Positions 21,246 through 29,356 of a stretch of 64,000 bases of DNA are shown one piece after another. The stretch's first letter is position 1, and each line of letters begins with the position of its first letter. The translations under genes were made by a program, and so were the position numbers. The DNA comes from Candidatus Bipolaricaulota bacterium. Its GTDB lineage: Bacteria; Bipolaricaulota; Bipolaricaulia; UBA7950; UBA9294. The notes beneath the pieces are model-generated. The model ran no database searches. It saw only the letters and a program-made list of their open reading frames with translations, and was not told where the DNA came from. The stretch is from contig JBFMGK010000027.1 of assembly GCA_040752575.1 (NCBI GenBank), forward strand, positions 110,319-174,318, read 5' to 3'.

Positions 21246-22670
21246 ATGCGCGTTTTGTTTGTCGCTGCAGAGGTCACTCCGTTCGCCAAGACGGGCGGAC
21301 TGGCCGATGTAGCTCTTGCTCTTCCGAGAGCCCTCGCGTCGTTGGGCGTCGAGGTCCTCGTGGTGATGCCCAAGCATCGCGCGGTTGCTGCGAAGGCGGA
21401 GTTGCTCGAAGCGGCGCGTTTCGAGGTCGCGCTGGGTTCCGGCACGAAACCCTGTGTCGCCTATTCGGCGGTGTTGCCGGACAGCCGTGTGCCGATCTAT
21501 TTCCTGGGAAACGACGGCTACTTCGATCGCCCGGCGATCTATGGGGAGGGGGGCGAATACCACGATGCACTCGAGCGCTTCGCTTTCCTGTCTCGCGGAG
21601 CCCTGGAACTCGCCGAGGCGCTTAGATGGAAGGCCGATCTCGTTCACGCCAACGATTGGCATACAGCGCTTCTTCCTGCCTACGTTCGGAGCGCCCGTCT
21701 GCCGCATACCCGCGACGCCAAGACCGTTCTGACCATACACAATCTCTCGTATCAAGGATCCTTCCCGTGCGAACAGGCCGCCGTGACCGGGTTGCCCGAG
21801 GACGTCCTCGCGTCCTACGTCAGGGGCGACCGAGTGAACCTCCTGCGGGGCGGCATTCTGACCACTGATCTTGTGACGACGGTTTCTCCGACCTATGCGA
21901 AGGAGATTCTGGACGCGGGGGATGGGCTCGAGGAAGAGCTTCGGAGCCGCAAGGAAGCTCTTCACGGGGTGATCAACGGGATTGATGATCGCGTCTGGGA
22001 TCCGGCAGCCGATCCGTTCCTATGGGCGACGTATACACGCGGAGATCTCGCGGGCAAGGCGAGGAACAAGGCCGAACTCCAGAAGGCTCTCGGGCTTGCC
22101 GAGGATCCGGGCGCTCCGCTCGTGGGGGCGATTTCGCGACTCGCGGAGCAGAAGGGGTTCGACCTCATCCTCGGGGCTTGGGATCGGATCATGGATACCG
22201 GGGTGCAGTTCGTCGTTCTCGGAACCGGATCGCCGGACGTTGAAGCCTTCTTCCGCGCCGCGGCGGAGCGGTCCAGAAGCCGCGTCGCGTCGCTGATCAC
22301 GTTCTCCGAAGAGTGGGCTCATCGGATCGAGGCGGCGTCAGACATCTTCCTCATGCCGTCGCGATTCGAGCCCTGCGGGCTAAATCAGCAGTACTCCCTG
22401 CGCTACGGCACGGTACCGGTCGTTCGCGCGACGGGCGGATTGCGTGACACCATCCTGGACGCTGACGCCGACCCGCAAAACGGGAATGGTTTCTCCTTCG
22501 AGCCGTACACCGCGGACGCGGTGTTGGACACCCTGGCGAGGGCGCTCGCCGTGTACCGACAGGCACCGGTGCGCTGGCAGGATATCCTCCGCCGCGGTAT
22601 GGACCGCGACCTCTCTTGGGAGGGTCCCGCCAGAGCGTACCGCGACCTGTACCGCCAGGTCGTCTGCTAA
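21246..22670 (+). CDS. glgA: Glycogen synthase (GT5)
   Basis: EVTPFAKTGGLADV, HANDWH, TIHNLSYQG, SRLAEQKG, MPSRFEPCGLNQ, TGGLRDT. Confidence 0.96.
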   Translation: MRVLFVAAEVTPFAKTGGLADVALALPRALASLGVEVLVVMPKHRAVAAKAELLEAARFEVALGSGTKPCVAYSAVLPDSRVPIYFLGNDGYFDRPAIYGEGGEYHDALERFAFLSRGALELAEALRWKADLVHANDWHTALLPAYVRSARLPHTRDAKTVLTIHNLSYQGSFPCEQAAVTGLPEDVLASYVRGDRVNLLRGGILTTDLVTTVSPTYAKEILDAGDGLEEELRSRKEALHGVINGIDDRVWDPAADPFLWATYTRGDLAGKARNKAELQKALGLAEDPGAPLVGAISRLAEQKGFDLILGAWDRIMDTGVQFVVLGTGSPDVEAFFRAAAERSRSRVASLITFSEEWAHRIEAASDIFLMPSRFEPCGLNQQYSLRYGTVPVVRATGGLRDTILDADADPQNGNGFSFEPYTADAVLDTLARALAVYRQAPVRWQDILRRGMDRDLSWEGPARAYRDLYRQVVC

Positions 22671-24022
22671 GACCCTTCAACCCGGCGGTACGCTACAACC
22701 GCGTCAAGCGGTGCGAGGGTCAAGCGGGAGGGGAGCGGTTCGCCGCCGATCGCATCGACGTATGGGCCTTCGTCTCCGAGAGAGACGAAGGCCGCGTCCT
22801 TGGGGTCGGCATTCAGCGCGACCACGACCATCTCTTCGGGCGTGCGACGCTCCATCGTGAGGGCACGCCCCTCCGTCATGCCGAAAGCAAGGTCGCCGCG
22901 GCGCAGGGCGTCAGAGCGGCGGCGGAGAAGGGCCAGTGCGCGCGTTCGCGAGAGCAACTCGTCGTCCCAGCGTTCCGGCTGCCAGGGAAATGGCCGCCGA
23001 TTGTCGGGATCCTCGCCGCCCTGCATGCCGATCTCGTCTCCGTAGTAGATGGCGGGCGCGCCGGGGAACGTGAAGAGAAACGTCGCGGCGAGAAGCAACC
23101 GTCGGCGGTCACCGTCACACAACGTGAGAAAGCGCGGTTTGTCGTGGCTGCCTAGAAGGGTCATCGAAGCGGCGTTGCCGTCCTCCGTATAGCTATGCCA
23201 GATGGACAAGACGCTAGCAACGAACCGCTCGGCGTCCCATCGCCCCTCGGCAAAGAAGGCAACGAGGCGCTCCCAGAGCTTGTAGTGCATGACGCCATCG
23301 AGGGCGTCGTGGCGAAACCAGGGCGTCCCGAGTCCCATCACCTCTCCGAGGACGTACGTCTCCGCACGAGTCTCGTGGCTCACGCGGTAGATCTCTCGGA
23401 CGAAGTCCGGCGGGAGGTACTCGGTTGTATCCAGTCGCCAGCCGTCGATTCCCAACGCTTCGATCCAGTAGCGCACCACCGACAGCAGGTACTCCCGCAC
23501 GGTAGGATTCCGGAGGTTCCACTCGGGCATTCCGGGTACGCCGGCCCAGCAAGCGTAGTTTGGCTTCGGTCGCTTCTCGACCGAGGCTCCGCGGACGGTG
23601 AACCAGTCCCAGTAGGGCGAAGAGGATCCCCCCCTGACGACGTCCTCGAAAAACGGATGCCGGTCGCTCGCGTGGTTGAACACGCCATCGAGGACGATCC
23701 GCATCTCGCGGTCGTGCAAGGCGGCGACGAGATCGGCCAGCGCCCCCTTGCCGCCGAGCCGCGGGTCGACCTGGTAGTAGTCCGTGGTGTCGTACCGGTG
23801 GTACGACGAAGCCGTGAAGATCGGCGTTAGGTAAAGCGCGTTGACGCCGAGTCGCTCGAGATAGGGAATCGCATCGCGCACGCCGACGAGATCGCCGCCT
23901 AAAACGTCGCGCGTTGCGGGCCCCGAAGCTGGCCAGCCGGGGTCTCGGCGCCGAAAGCGGTCCGGGAAGATCTGGTAGAAGACGGCGTCTTGAACCCAGG
24001 CTGGGGGACGGTGGGCGTTCAT
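22667..24022 (-). CDS. GH13 cyclomaltodextrinase/neopullulanase-like (cytoplasmic, no N-terminal CBM)
   Basis: FYQIFPDRF, HRYDTTDY, DGVFNH, DGWRLD, LGEV, LGSHD, YYGDEIG, DPDNRRP. Confidence 0.9.
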   Translation of the reverse strand: MNAHRPPAWVQDAVFYQIFPDRFRRRDPGWPASGPATRDVLGGDLVGVRDAIPYLERLGVNALYLTPIFTASSYHRYDTTDYYQVDPRLGGKGALADLVAALHDREMRIVLDGVFNHASDRHPFFEDVVRGGSSSPYWDWFTVRGASVEKRPKPNYACWAGVPGMPEWNLRNPTVREYLLSVVRYWIEALGIDGWRLDTTEYLPPDFVREIYRVSHETRAETYVLGEVMGLGTPWFRHDALDGVMHYKLWERLVAFFAEGRWDAERFVASVLSIWHSYTEDGNAASMTLLGSHDKPRFLTLCDGDRRRLLLAATFLFTFPGAPAIYYGDEIGMQGGEDPDNRRPFPWQPERWDDELLSRTRALALLRRRSDALRRGDLAFGMTEGRALTMERRTPEEMVVVALNADPKDAAFVSLGDEGPYVDAIGGEPLPSRLTLAPLDAVVAYRRVEGS

Positions 24023-24038
24023 GCGGCGCTCCTTTTGG

Positions 24039-25625
24039 TCAGGGAACGGAGAGGATGAGGGTCGAGAAGGGGGGGAGTACGGCATCCGTGACCACGATGC
24101 TCCCCGCGTCGTCGGCATGCCAGTGTGGCTCGTGAGCTTCCCCGAACACGACTCCCGGCGCTGCGACGCCCGACGACGCTCCAGACCAGCCCGCGAAGGT
24201 CAGGTCGCCGAGATCGATGCTGAGCGACGTGACGTTGTGAACGACGAACAGCGACGTCGTGCCGAAAGACCTTGAGAAGGCCAAGAGGCCTGGGTGGGAT
24301 GCGGTCAGTAAAGCCGTTTCCCCGTAACCCAAGGCGGGCGTGGCCTTTCGCAGAGCGATCAACGCGCGGTAACGCGCGTAGAGGGAGTCGGGATCCCTTG
24401 CCCCGTCAGAGACCGTGCGCGATGCCGCGTCGACCGAGAAAGGCTGCCACGGGATCGCTGACGTGAAGCCGAGCCCAGGTCCCGGTTCCCATGGCATGGG
24501 AGTTCGAATGCGCTCGTCGGGCTTGACCCCCGTCATGCCCACCTCCTCGCCGTAGTAGAGGAAGGGAACGCCTGGCAGGGTCAGAAGAATCGCCGCCGCA
24601 AGCTTCGCGCGTCTCTCGTCCCCGCGCAGCCGGCTCATCGTGCGGTCCTGATCGTGGTTGCTGAGGAACGTGGCGAACCTCTCGCCCGGGTACGTTCTGA
24701 GTACCAGGTCGATGGCGCTCCGCATCGAGCGACCGTTTCCCGAAAGGACGCCTCCCAACACGGCCTCCGCGAGCGAAAACTCGAACGCGACGTCCAGCTC
24801 GCGGTCGAGGTACGGGACAATGGCCTCGGGGCGGTCCCACACTTCGCCCACGAGGACGGCGTCGGGCTTCCAACCCTTGACCACCGCGGCAAATCCCTTG
24901 AGCCAGAAGTGCGTCGCGGCCGTGTTGGACAACGTGCCGTCGGTCTCGATCAGGTGCCGGATGGCGTCGAGGCGAAACCCATCGACGCCGACATCGAGCA
25001 GCCAGAACCGCGCAATGTCGAACACGGCTTGCGTCACGTGGGGGGTCCTGTAGTTGAGGTCGGGCATGCCGCTCCAGAACAGGCCGTAGTACCACGAGAG
25101 GCCCGCGCGGTGCCACACGGGTTGGCCCCAAGGTCCGGGAGCGAGCGACGGGCTGTTCGACCAGATGTACCAGTCTTGCCGCGCGCTTCCCGGAATCAGC
25201 GACTCCTGGAACCAGGGGTGAAGGTCCGACGTGTGGTTCAGGACGAGGTCGACGATCACGCGCAGCCCCCGGCGGTGCGCCTCTCGGACGAGCAACTTAG
25301 CATCCTCCAGCGTCCCATAGTCGGGTTCCACGGACACGTAATCGGTGACATCGTAACCGTGGTAACTCGGCGACTCGGCGATCGGCATGAGCCAAAGGGC
25401 TGTCACGCCGAGATCCTCCTCCGTCGAAGGGTCTCCGTCGTTCAGCCAGTCCAGGCGCGCGATGAGGCCCGGGAGGTCGCCAATGCCGTCGCCGTCGGAG
25501 TCTTGGAAGCTGCGGACGAAGACCTCGTAGAACACGGCACCTTCCCACCAAGCGGCCGGCGACGGCGCGGCCGATGCCGCCCAGCCATAGGCGACGAGGA
25601 GCACGAAGAGCGTCAGCCTTCTCAC
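24039..25625 (-). CDS. Secreted GH13 alpha-amylase
   Basis: Signal-peptide-like N-terminus; FYEVFVRSF, YHGYDVTDY, DLVLNHTS, DGFRLDA, VGEVW, LSNHD; GTGA overlap with malG. Confidence 0.9.
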   Translation of the reverse strand: MRRLTLFVLLVAYGWAASAAPSPAAWWEGAVFYEVFVRSFQDSDGDGIGDLPGLIARLDWLNDGDPSTEEDLGVTALWLMPIAESPSYHGYDVTDYVSVEPDYGTLEDAKLLVREAHRRGLRVIVDLVLNHTSDLHPWFQESLIPGSARQDWYIWSNSPSLAPGPWGQPVWHRAGLSWYYGLFWSGMPDLNYRTPHVTQAVFDIARFWLLDVGVDGFRLDAIRHLIETDGTLSNTAATHFWLKGFAAVVKGWKPDAVLVGEVWDRPEAIVPYLDRELDVAFEFSLAEAVLGGVLSGNGRSMRSAIDLVLRTYPGERFATFLSNHDQDRTMSRLRGDERRAKLAAAILLTLPGVPFLYYGEEVGMTGVKPDERIRTPMPWEPGPGLGFTSAIPWQPFSVDAASRTVSDGARDPDSLYARYRALIALRKATPALGYGETALLTASHPGLLAFSRSFGTTSLFVVHNVTSLSIDLGDLTFAGWSGASSGVAAPGVVFGEAHEPHWHADDAGSIVVTDAVLPPFSTLILSVP

Positions 25626-26479
25626 TCCTTCACGCCCCCCCTCGTCAACCCGGACACGAGCGATCGCTGCGACAGGATGAACACGATCACGAAAGGAAGC
25701 ACGGACAGGACGGCTCCAGCCGCGAACATCCCCCACCGCTTCCCGAACTGGTCCGAAATCAGAAGCGACATTCCAACCGGAAGGGTGAACTGATTCGTGT
25801 CCCGCAGGATGAAGCTCGCGAGCAGGAGCTCAGAGTAGCACGAGATGAAGGACAGCAGGAAAATCGTTGCCAGGATCGGGCGCGCGAGCGGGAGGACGAT
25901 GTGGTAGAACGCCTGGAAGGGCGTCGCCCCGTCGACCTTCGCGGACTCCTCCAACGAGCGAGGAATCGTGTCGAAGTACCCTTTCATCAGCCACGTATTG
26001 AAGCCCATCGCTCCCCCGAGGTAAACGAGGATCAGGCCCGTGTGGGTGTTGAGTCCGGCCCAGGGGAAGAACTCGCCCAGGGTGAGGAGCAGAAGGAACA
26101 GCGCGACCATGGCCAACATCTGGGGAAACATCTGCACCAGGAGCAGACCGAGCAAGCCGACGCGACGTCCTTTGAACCGGAAGCGCGAGAACGCATACGC
26201 TCCGAGGGCTGTCAGCGCAACCGTAAGGGCCGAAGTGACCACGGTGACTTTCATGCTGTTCCACATCCAGAGACCGAAACGGTAGCGGTCACTCGTCAGG
26301 AGGTCGCGATACTGCCGAAGCGTCGGGTTCGGCGGGATGAGCTTCTGGAACTGCATGCTGTCCAGATCGTTGAACGACGCGGAAACCATCCACAGGATCG
26401 GGAAGACGGCGAAGGCCACGGCGATCAGGAGCACCGCGTGGCGCCACAGGCTGCCGAGCCGGGAGTGCTTCTCATACAT
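25622..26479 (-). CDS. malG: Maltose/maltodextrin ABC permease
   Basis: AYAFSRFRFKGRR, QMFP, KGYFDTIP, EESAKVDGA (EAA loop), GLTRGGVK. Confidence 0.9.
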   Translation of the reverse strand: MYEKHSRLGSLWRHAVLLIAVAFAVFPILWMVSASFNDLDSMQFQKLIPPNPTLRQYRDLLTSDRYRFGLWMWNSMKVTVVTSALTVALTALGAYAFSRFRFKGRRVGLLGLLLVQMFPQMLAMVALFLLLLTLGEFFPWAGLNTHTGLILVYLGGAMGFNTWLMKGYFDTIPRSLEESAKVDGATPFQAFYHIVLPLARPILATIFLLSFISCYSELLLASFILRDTNQFTLPVGMSLLISDQFGKRWGMFAAGAVLSVLPFVIVFILSQRSLVSGLTRGGVKE

Positions 26480-28031
26480 TCTTGCTCAACTCCTCGAGCG
26501 TTCCCGTCAGGCGGAAGTTGATCGCGCTGATCGTCGCGATGATCAGGAAGATCAGGACCGAGATCGAGGCGGCGAGGCCGAGTTGATTGCCGCGCGCCCC
26601 CTCGAACGCCAACCGGTAGGTGTACGTGATGAGGACGTCGGTCGCCCCGGCGGGTGTCTGCGCGCCGATGATCGGCGGGCGGCCCTCGGTAAGAAGCCAG
26701 ACGAGCGTGAAGTTGTTGAAGTTGAACGCGAAGCTGCCGATCAGGAGCGGCGCGAGAGGCATCAACAGCAACGGCAGCGTGATGCGCCGGAACTGCTGCC
26801 CCCAGCGCGCGCCATCGACGCGCGCGGCTTCGTAGAGCGAGACGTCGATCGACTGAAGCGCGCCGAGCGCGATGATCATCATGTACGGGAAGCCAAGCCA
26901 GAGATTGACGAGCAGCAGCGCCGCCCGCGCGCCCATCGCGCTCTCGAGCCAGGCAACGCGCGCCCCGGCTCCGAAGAGGGCGACGAGGATCTGGTTCACG
27001 ACGCCGAAGTTCAGGTTGAGCATTCCTCGCCACACGAGGATCGTCACGAAGGCGGGCACGGCGTAGGGCAGAACCGCGAGGACGCGGTAGACATGGCGCA
27101 GGCGCAAGAAGGGATCGTTCAGGAGCATGGCGAGCGCAAGGCCGAGCGAGAAGTTGAGCAGGACCGTGAGCCCGGCGAACACGAACGTCCAACCGAACAC
27201 CGTGAAGAACGGACCGACGATGGCTGGACTCGTGAACAGCCGAAGGTAGTTGCCTAGGCCGACGGATCTGCGGTAGCCGGGGAAGATCTCCTCTCCGTCC
27301 TCGGCGGTGAAGATGCCCTCTTTGTCGGCGTATACCTTGCCCTTCTCGAGGTCGGTCATGGTCGCCGCCGCCCCGTCGTAGGCATAAAGGGGGCGCAGAA
27401 CCGTGAAGTCCGGCAGGCTTCGGAGGCCGACAGGCTCGCCCTCCAGGTCGATGCGTAACGTCTGAAGCACCGCCAAGCGCTGGACAACCTCACGAAAATC
27501 CAGCCGCCGATACGTGGCCAGCACACGGTCGAACCGTCCGTCTCCATCGTCGTCTGCGGCGCGTTCGTCGGGGTCCAGCATCCTCGAAGCTTCACCGCCG
27601 GCGTAGAGGAAACGTCCCGAGGGGCCAGTCAGAACCAGGGCCAAATCTCCCGCGGGGTCTTCGAAGGCATCGAATGCGTACCGCGCCGCGTCGGGCGGTG
27701 AATACGTACGCTCGAGCAGCTGATGGACGGCCTGGGTCTTCGAGAGCATGTGGCCGGTGCCCACGTTGGTCGTCGAGGCCATGAATGTGTACCCGATCGG
27801 GTAGATGACCATGACAACGAGAAAGAGAACGCCCGGGGCGAGCCAGCGGAGAGGATAGGCCCGAGGTGAGAGGAAGAGGTAGATCAGTCCGCCGGCGCCC
27901 ACGAGAGGCAGAACGGCGAGCACGGGGCTCCCGAGCCCGGCGAGCGAGATGGCCGCGAAGACGGCCAAACCGGCGATGAGGCTCAGGAAGACGATCTTCA
28001 ACACCCAACGGAGCGCGTCGCTCGGGATCAT
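26472..28031 (-). CDS. malF: Maltose/maltodextrin ABC permease with large periplasmic loop
   Basis: LPYAVPAF, VNLWLGFPY, LYEAARVDGA, FAFNFNNF, AGATDVLITYTYRLAF. Confidence 0.9.
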   Translation of the reverse strand: MIPSDALRWVLKIVFLSLIAGLAVFAAISLAGLGSPVLAVLPLVGAGGLIYLFLSPRAYPLRWLAPGVLFLVVMVIYPIGYTFMASTTNVGTGHMLSKTQAVHQLLERTYSPPDAARYAFDAFEDPAGDLALVLTGPSGRFLYAGGEASRMLDPDERAADDDGDGRFDRVLATYRRLDFREVVQRLAVLQTLRIDLEGEPVGLRSLPDFTVLRPLYAYDGAAATMTDLEKGKVYADKEGIFTAEDGEEIFPGYRRSVGLGNYLRLFTSPAIVGPFFTVFGWTFVFAGLTVLLNFSLGLALAMLLNDPFLRLRHVYRVLAVLPYAVPAFVTILVWRGMLNLNFGVVNQILVALFGAGARVAWLESAMGARAALLLVNLWLGFPYMMIIALGALQSIDVSLYEAARVDGARWGQQFRRITLPLLLMPLAPLLIGSFAFNFNNFTLVWLLTEGRPPIIGAQTPAGATDVLITYTYRLAFEGARGNQLGLAASISVLIFLIIATISAINFRLTGTLEELSKNV

Positions 28032-28039
28032 GGGAAGTG

Positions 28040-28065
28040 GCGGGGCCGGCCGAAGCCGGCCCCGC
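28040..28065 (-). promoter_or_regulatory. malE-malF intercistronic stem-loop (UUCG tetraloop)
   Basis: Perfect 11-bp stem GCGGGGCCGGC-TTCG-GCCGGCCCCGC. Confidence 0.6.
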
Positions 28066-28071
28066 GGGAGA

Positions 28072-29274
28072 CTATTCGGTCGGGCAGCCGAGCGTGGTGC
28101 GGATCTGGTCGGCCGCGTTTTGCATGGCCGTTGCCGGGTCAAGCTGCTGGTTCACGATGAGCGCCAGCGCATCGGACCAGGCCGACCACACCGATCCCAT
28201 CTGCGGGATCTTCGGCATCGGGAGACCGTTCGCAGCGCTTGCTGCGAACCCCTGGATGTCAGCGTTGCCGGTCAACTCGGCCAAAGCCGGGATGTAGGCC
28301 GGAGGCCGGCCGCCACGGTCGTAGAGGTCGAGCATGACTTCCTTCGTGACCAAGAAGTCCTTCACGAAGAGGTTGGCCAGGACCTTGTTGGCGCTAAACG
28401 CGCTGATCATGAAGCCCTGTACGCCGACGAAAACCTTCGGTGTGCCGCCGCCAATGGTTGGGATGGCCGCGACGCCGTAGTTGATCCCGGCCTTCACCGC
28501 ATCGGGAAGCGTCCACGGACCGCCGATCATCGCGCCGAGCTTGCCCTGGTAGAACAGGCCCGTCACGAGGCTGTAGTCCGCTCCGGCGACCTCGATCCCT
28601 TCCTTGACCATCTGGTCGAGGACAACTGCGCCGGCAATCGATCCGGCGTTGTCGAGACCGATGTCGCACGGGTCAAGCACTCCCTGCGCGTTGGTCCCGA
28701 AGATGTAGCCGCCGCCCGCCGAGTGGAGGGCGAACGTGTGGTAGGGATCGGGCTGCTGGATCAGGAGACCGTATGTTCCGGCCTCGGCATCGGTGAGCCC
28801 CTTGGCGATCGTCAGCAGGCCCTCGAACGTGCTGGGCAGCACGGGGATGAGAGCCTTGTTGTAGATGAGTGCGACGTTCTCGGTCGCGTAAGGGACGCCA
28901 TAGAGCTGTGCGCCCCACAGGAACGCGTCGATCGCGACCGGGTCAAACTCGTCGATCATGGCGCCGGGCAGGACGATCGGCTCGAGCAGCCCGTTTTGGA
29001 TGAGCTCACCCAGCCAGTCGTGCGCGCCGATGAGGATGTCCGGACCCTCGCCCGCCGGGCCGGCGGTCGCGAGCTGCCCGCGCATGTCTCCAAAGCCCAC
29101 TTCCTGAATCTCCACCTCGACGCCGTACGCTGCTGTGAACTGCGCTGCGACGATCTGCATGACGGGCGTGCGCGTGTCGTCCGCCCAGATGAGCAGCTTG
29201 CCGGCGACGCTGGCCGTCGTGGCCAATCCTGCGATGAGCAGGAGGCCCAGAACCAATACCGCGACTCGCTTCAT
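28072..29274 (-). CDS. malE: Maltose/maltodextrin-binding protein
   Basis: Signal peptide; GEGPDILIGAHDWLG, LIYNK, MIGGPW, FVGVQG, PMPKIPQM; SD AAGGAGG. Confidence 0.9.
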   Translation of the reverse strand: MKRVAVLVLGLLLIAGLATTASVAGKLLIWADDTRTPVMQIVAAQFTAAYGVEVEIQEVGFGDMRGQLATAGPAGEGPDILIGAHDWLGELIQNGLLEPIVLPGAMIDEFDPVAIDAFLWGAQLYGVPYATENVALIYNKALIPVLPSTFEGLLTIAKGLTDAEAGTYGLLIQQPDPYHTFALHSAGGGYIFGTNAQGVLDPCDIGLDNAGSIAGAVVLDQMVKEGIEVAGADYSLVTGLFYQGKLGAMIGGPWTLPDAVKAGINYGVAAIPTIGGGTPKVFVGVQGFMISAFSANKVLANLFVKDFLVTKEVMLDLYDRGGRPPAYIPALAELTGNADIQGFAASAANGLPMPKIPQMGSVWSAWSDALALIVNQQLDPATAMQNAADQIRTTLGCPTE

Positions 29275-29356
29275 GGTCATTCCTCCTTGATGCGTTCTTC
29301 GTCCTCCGTCCCACGTTACGACGCGACTCTGTTCTCCGCCCTTTCTACACCACCTC

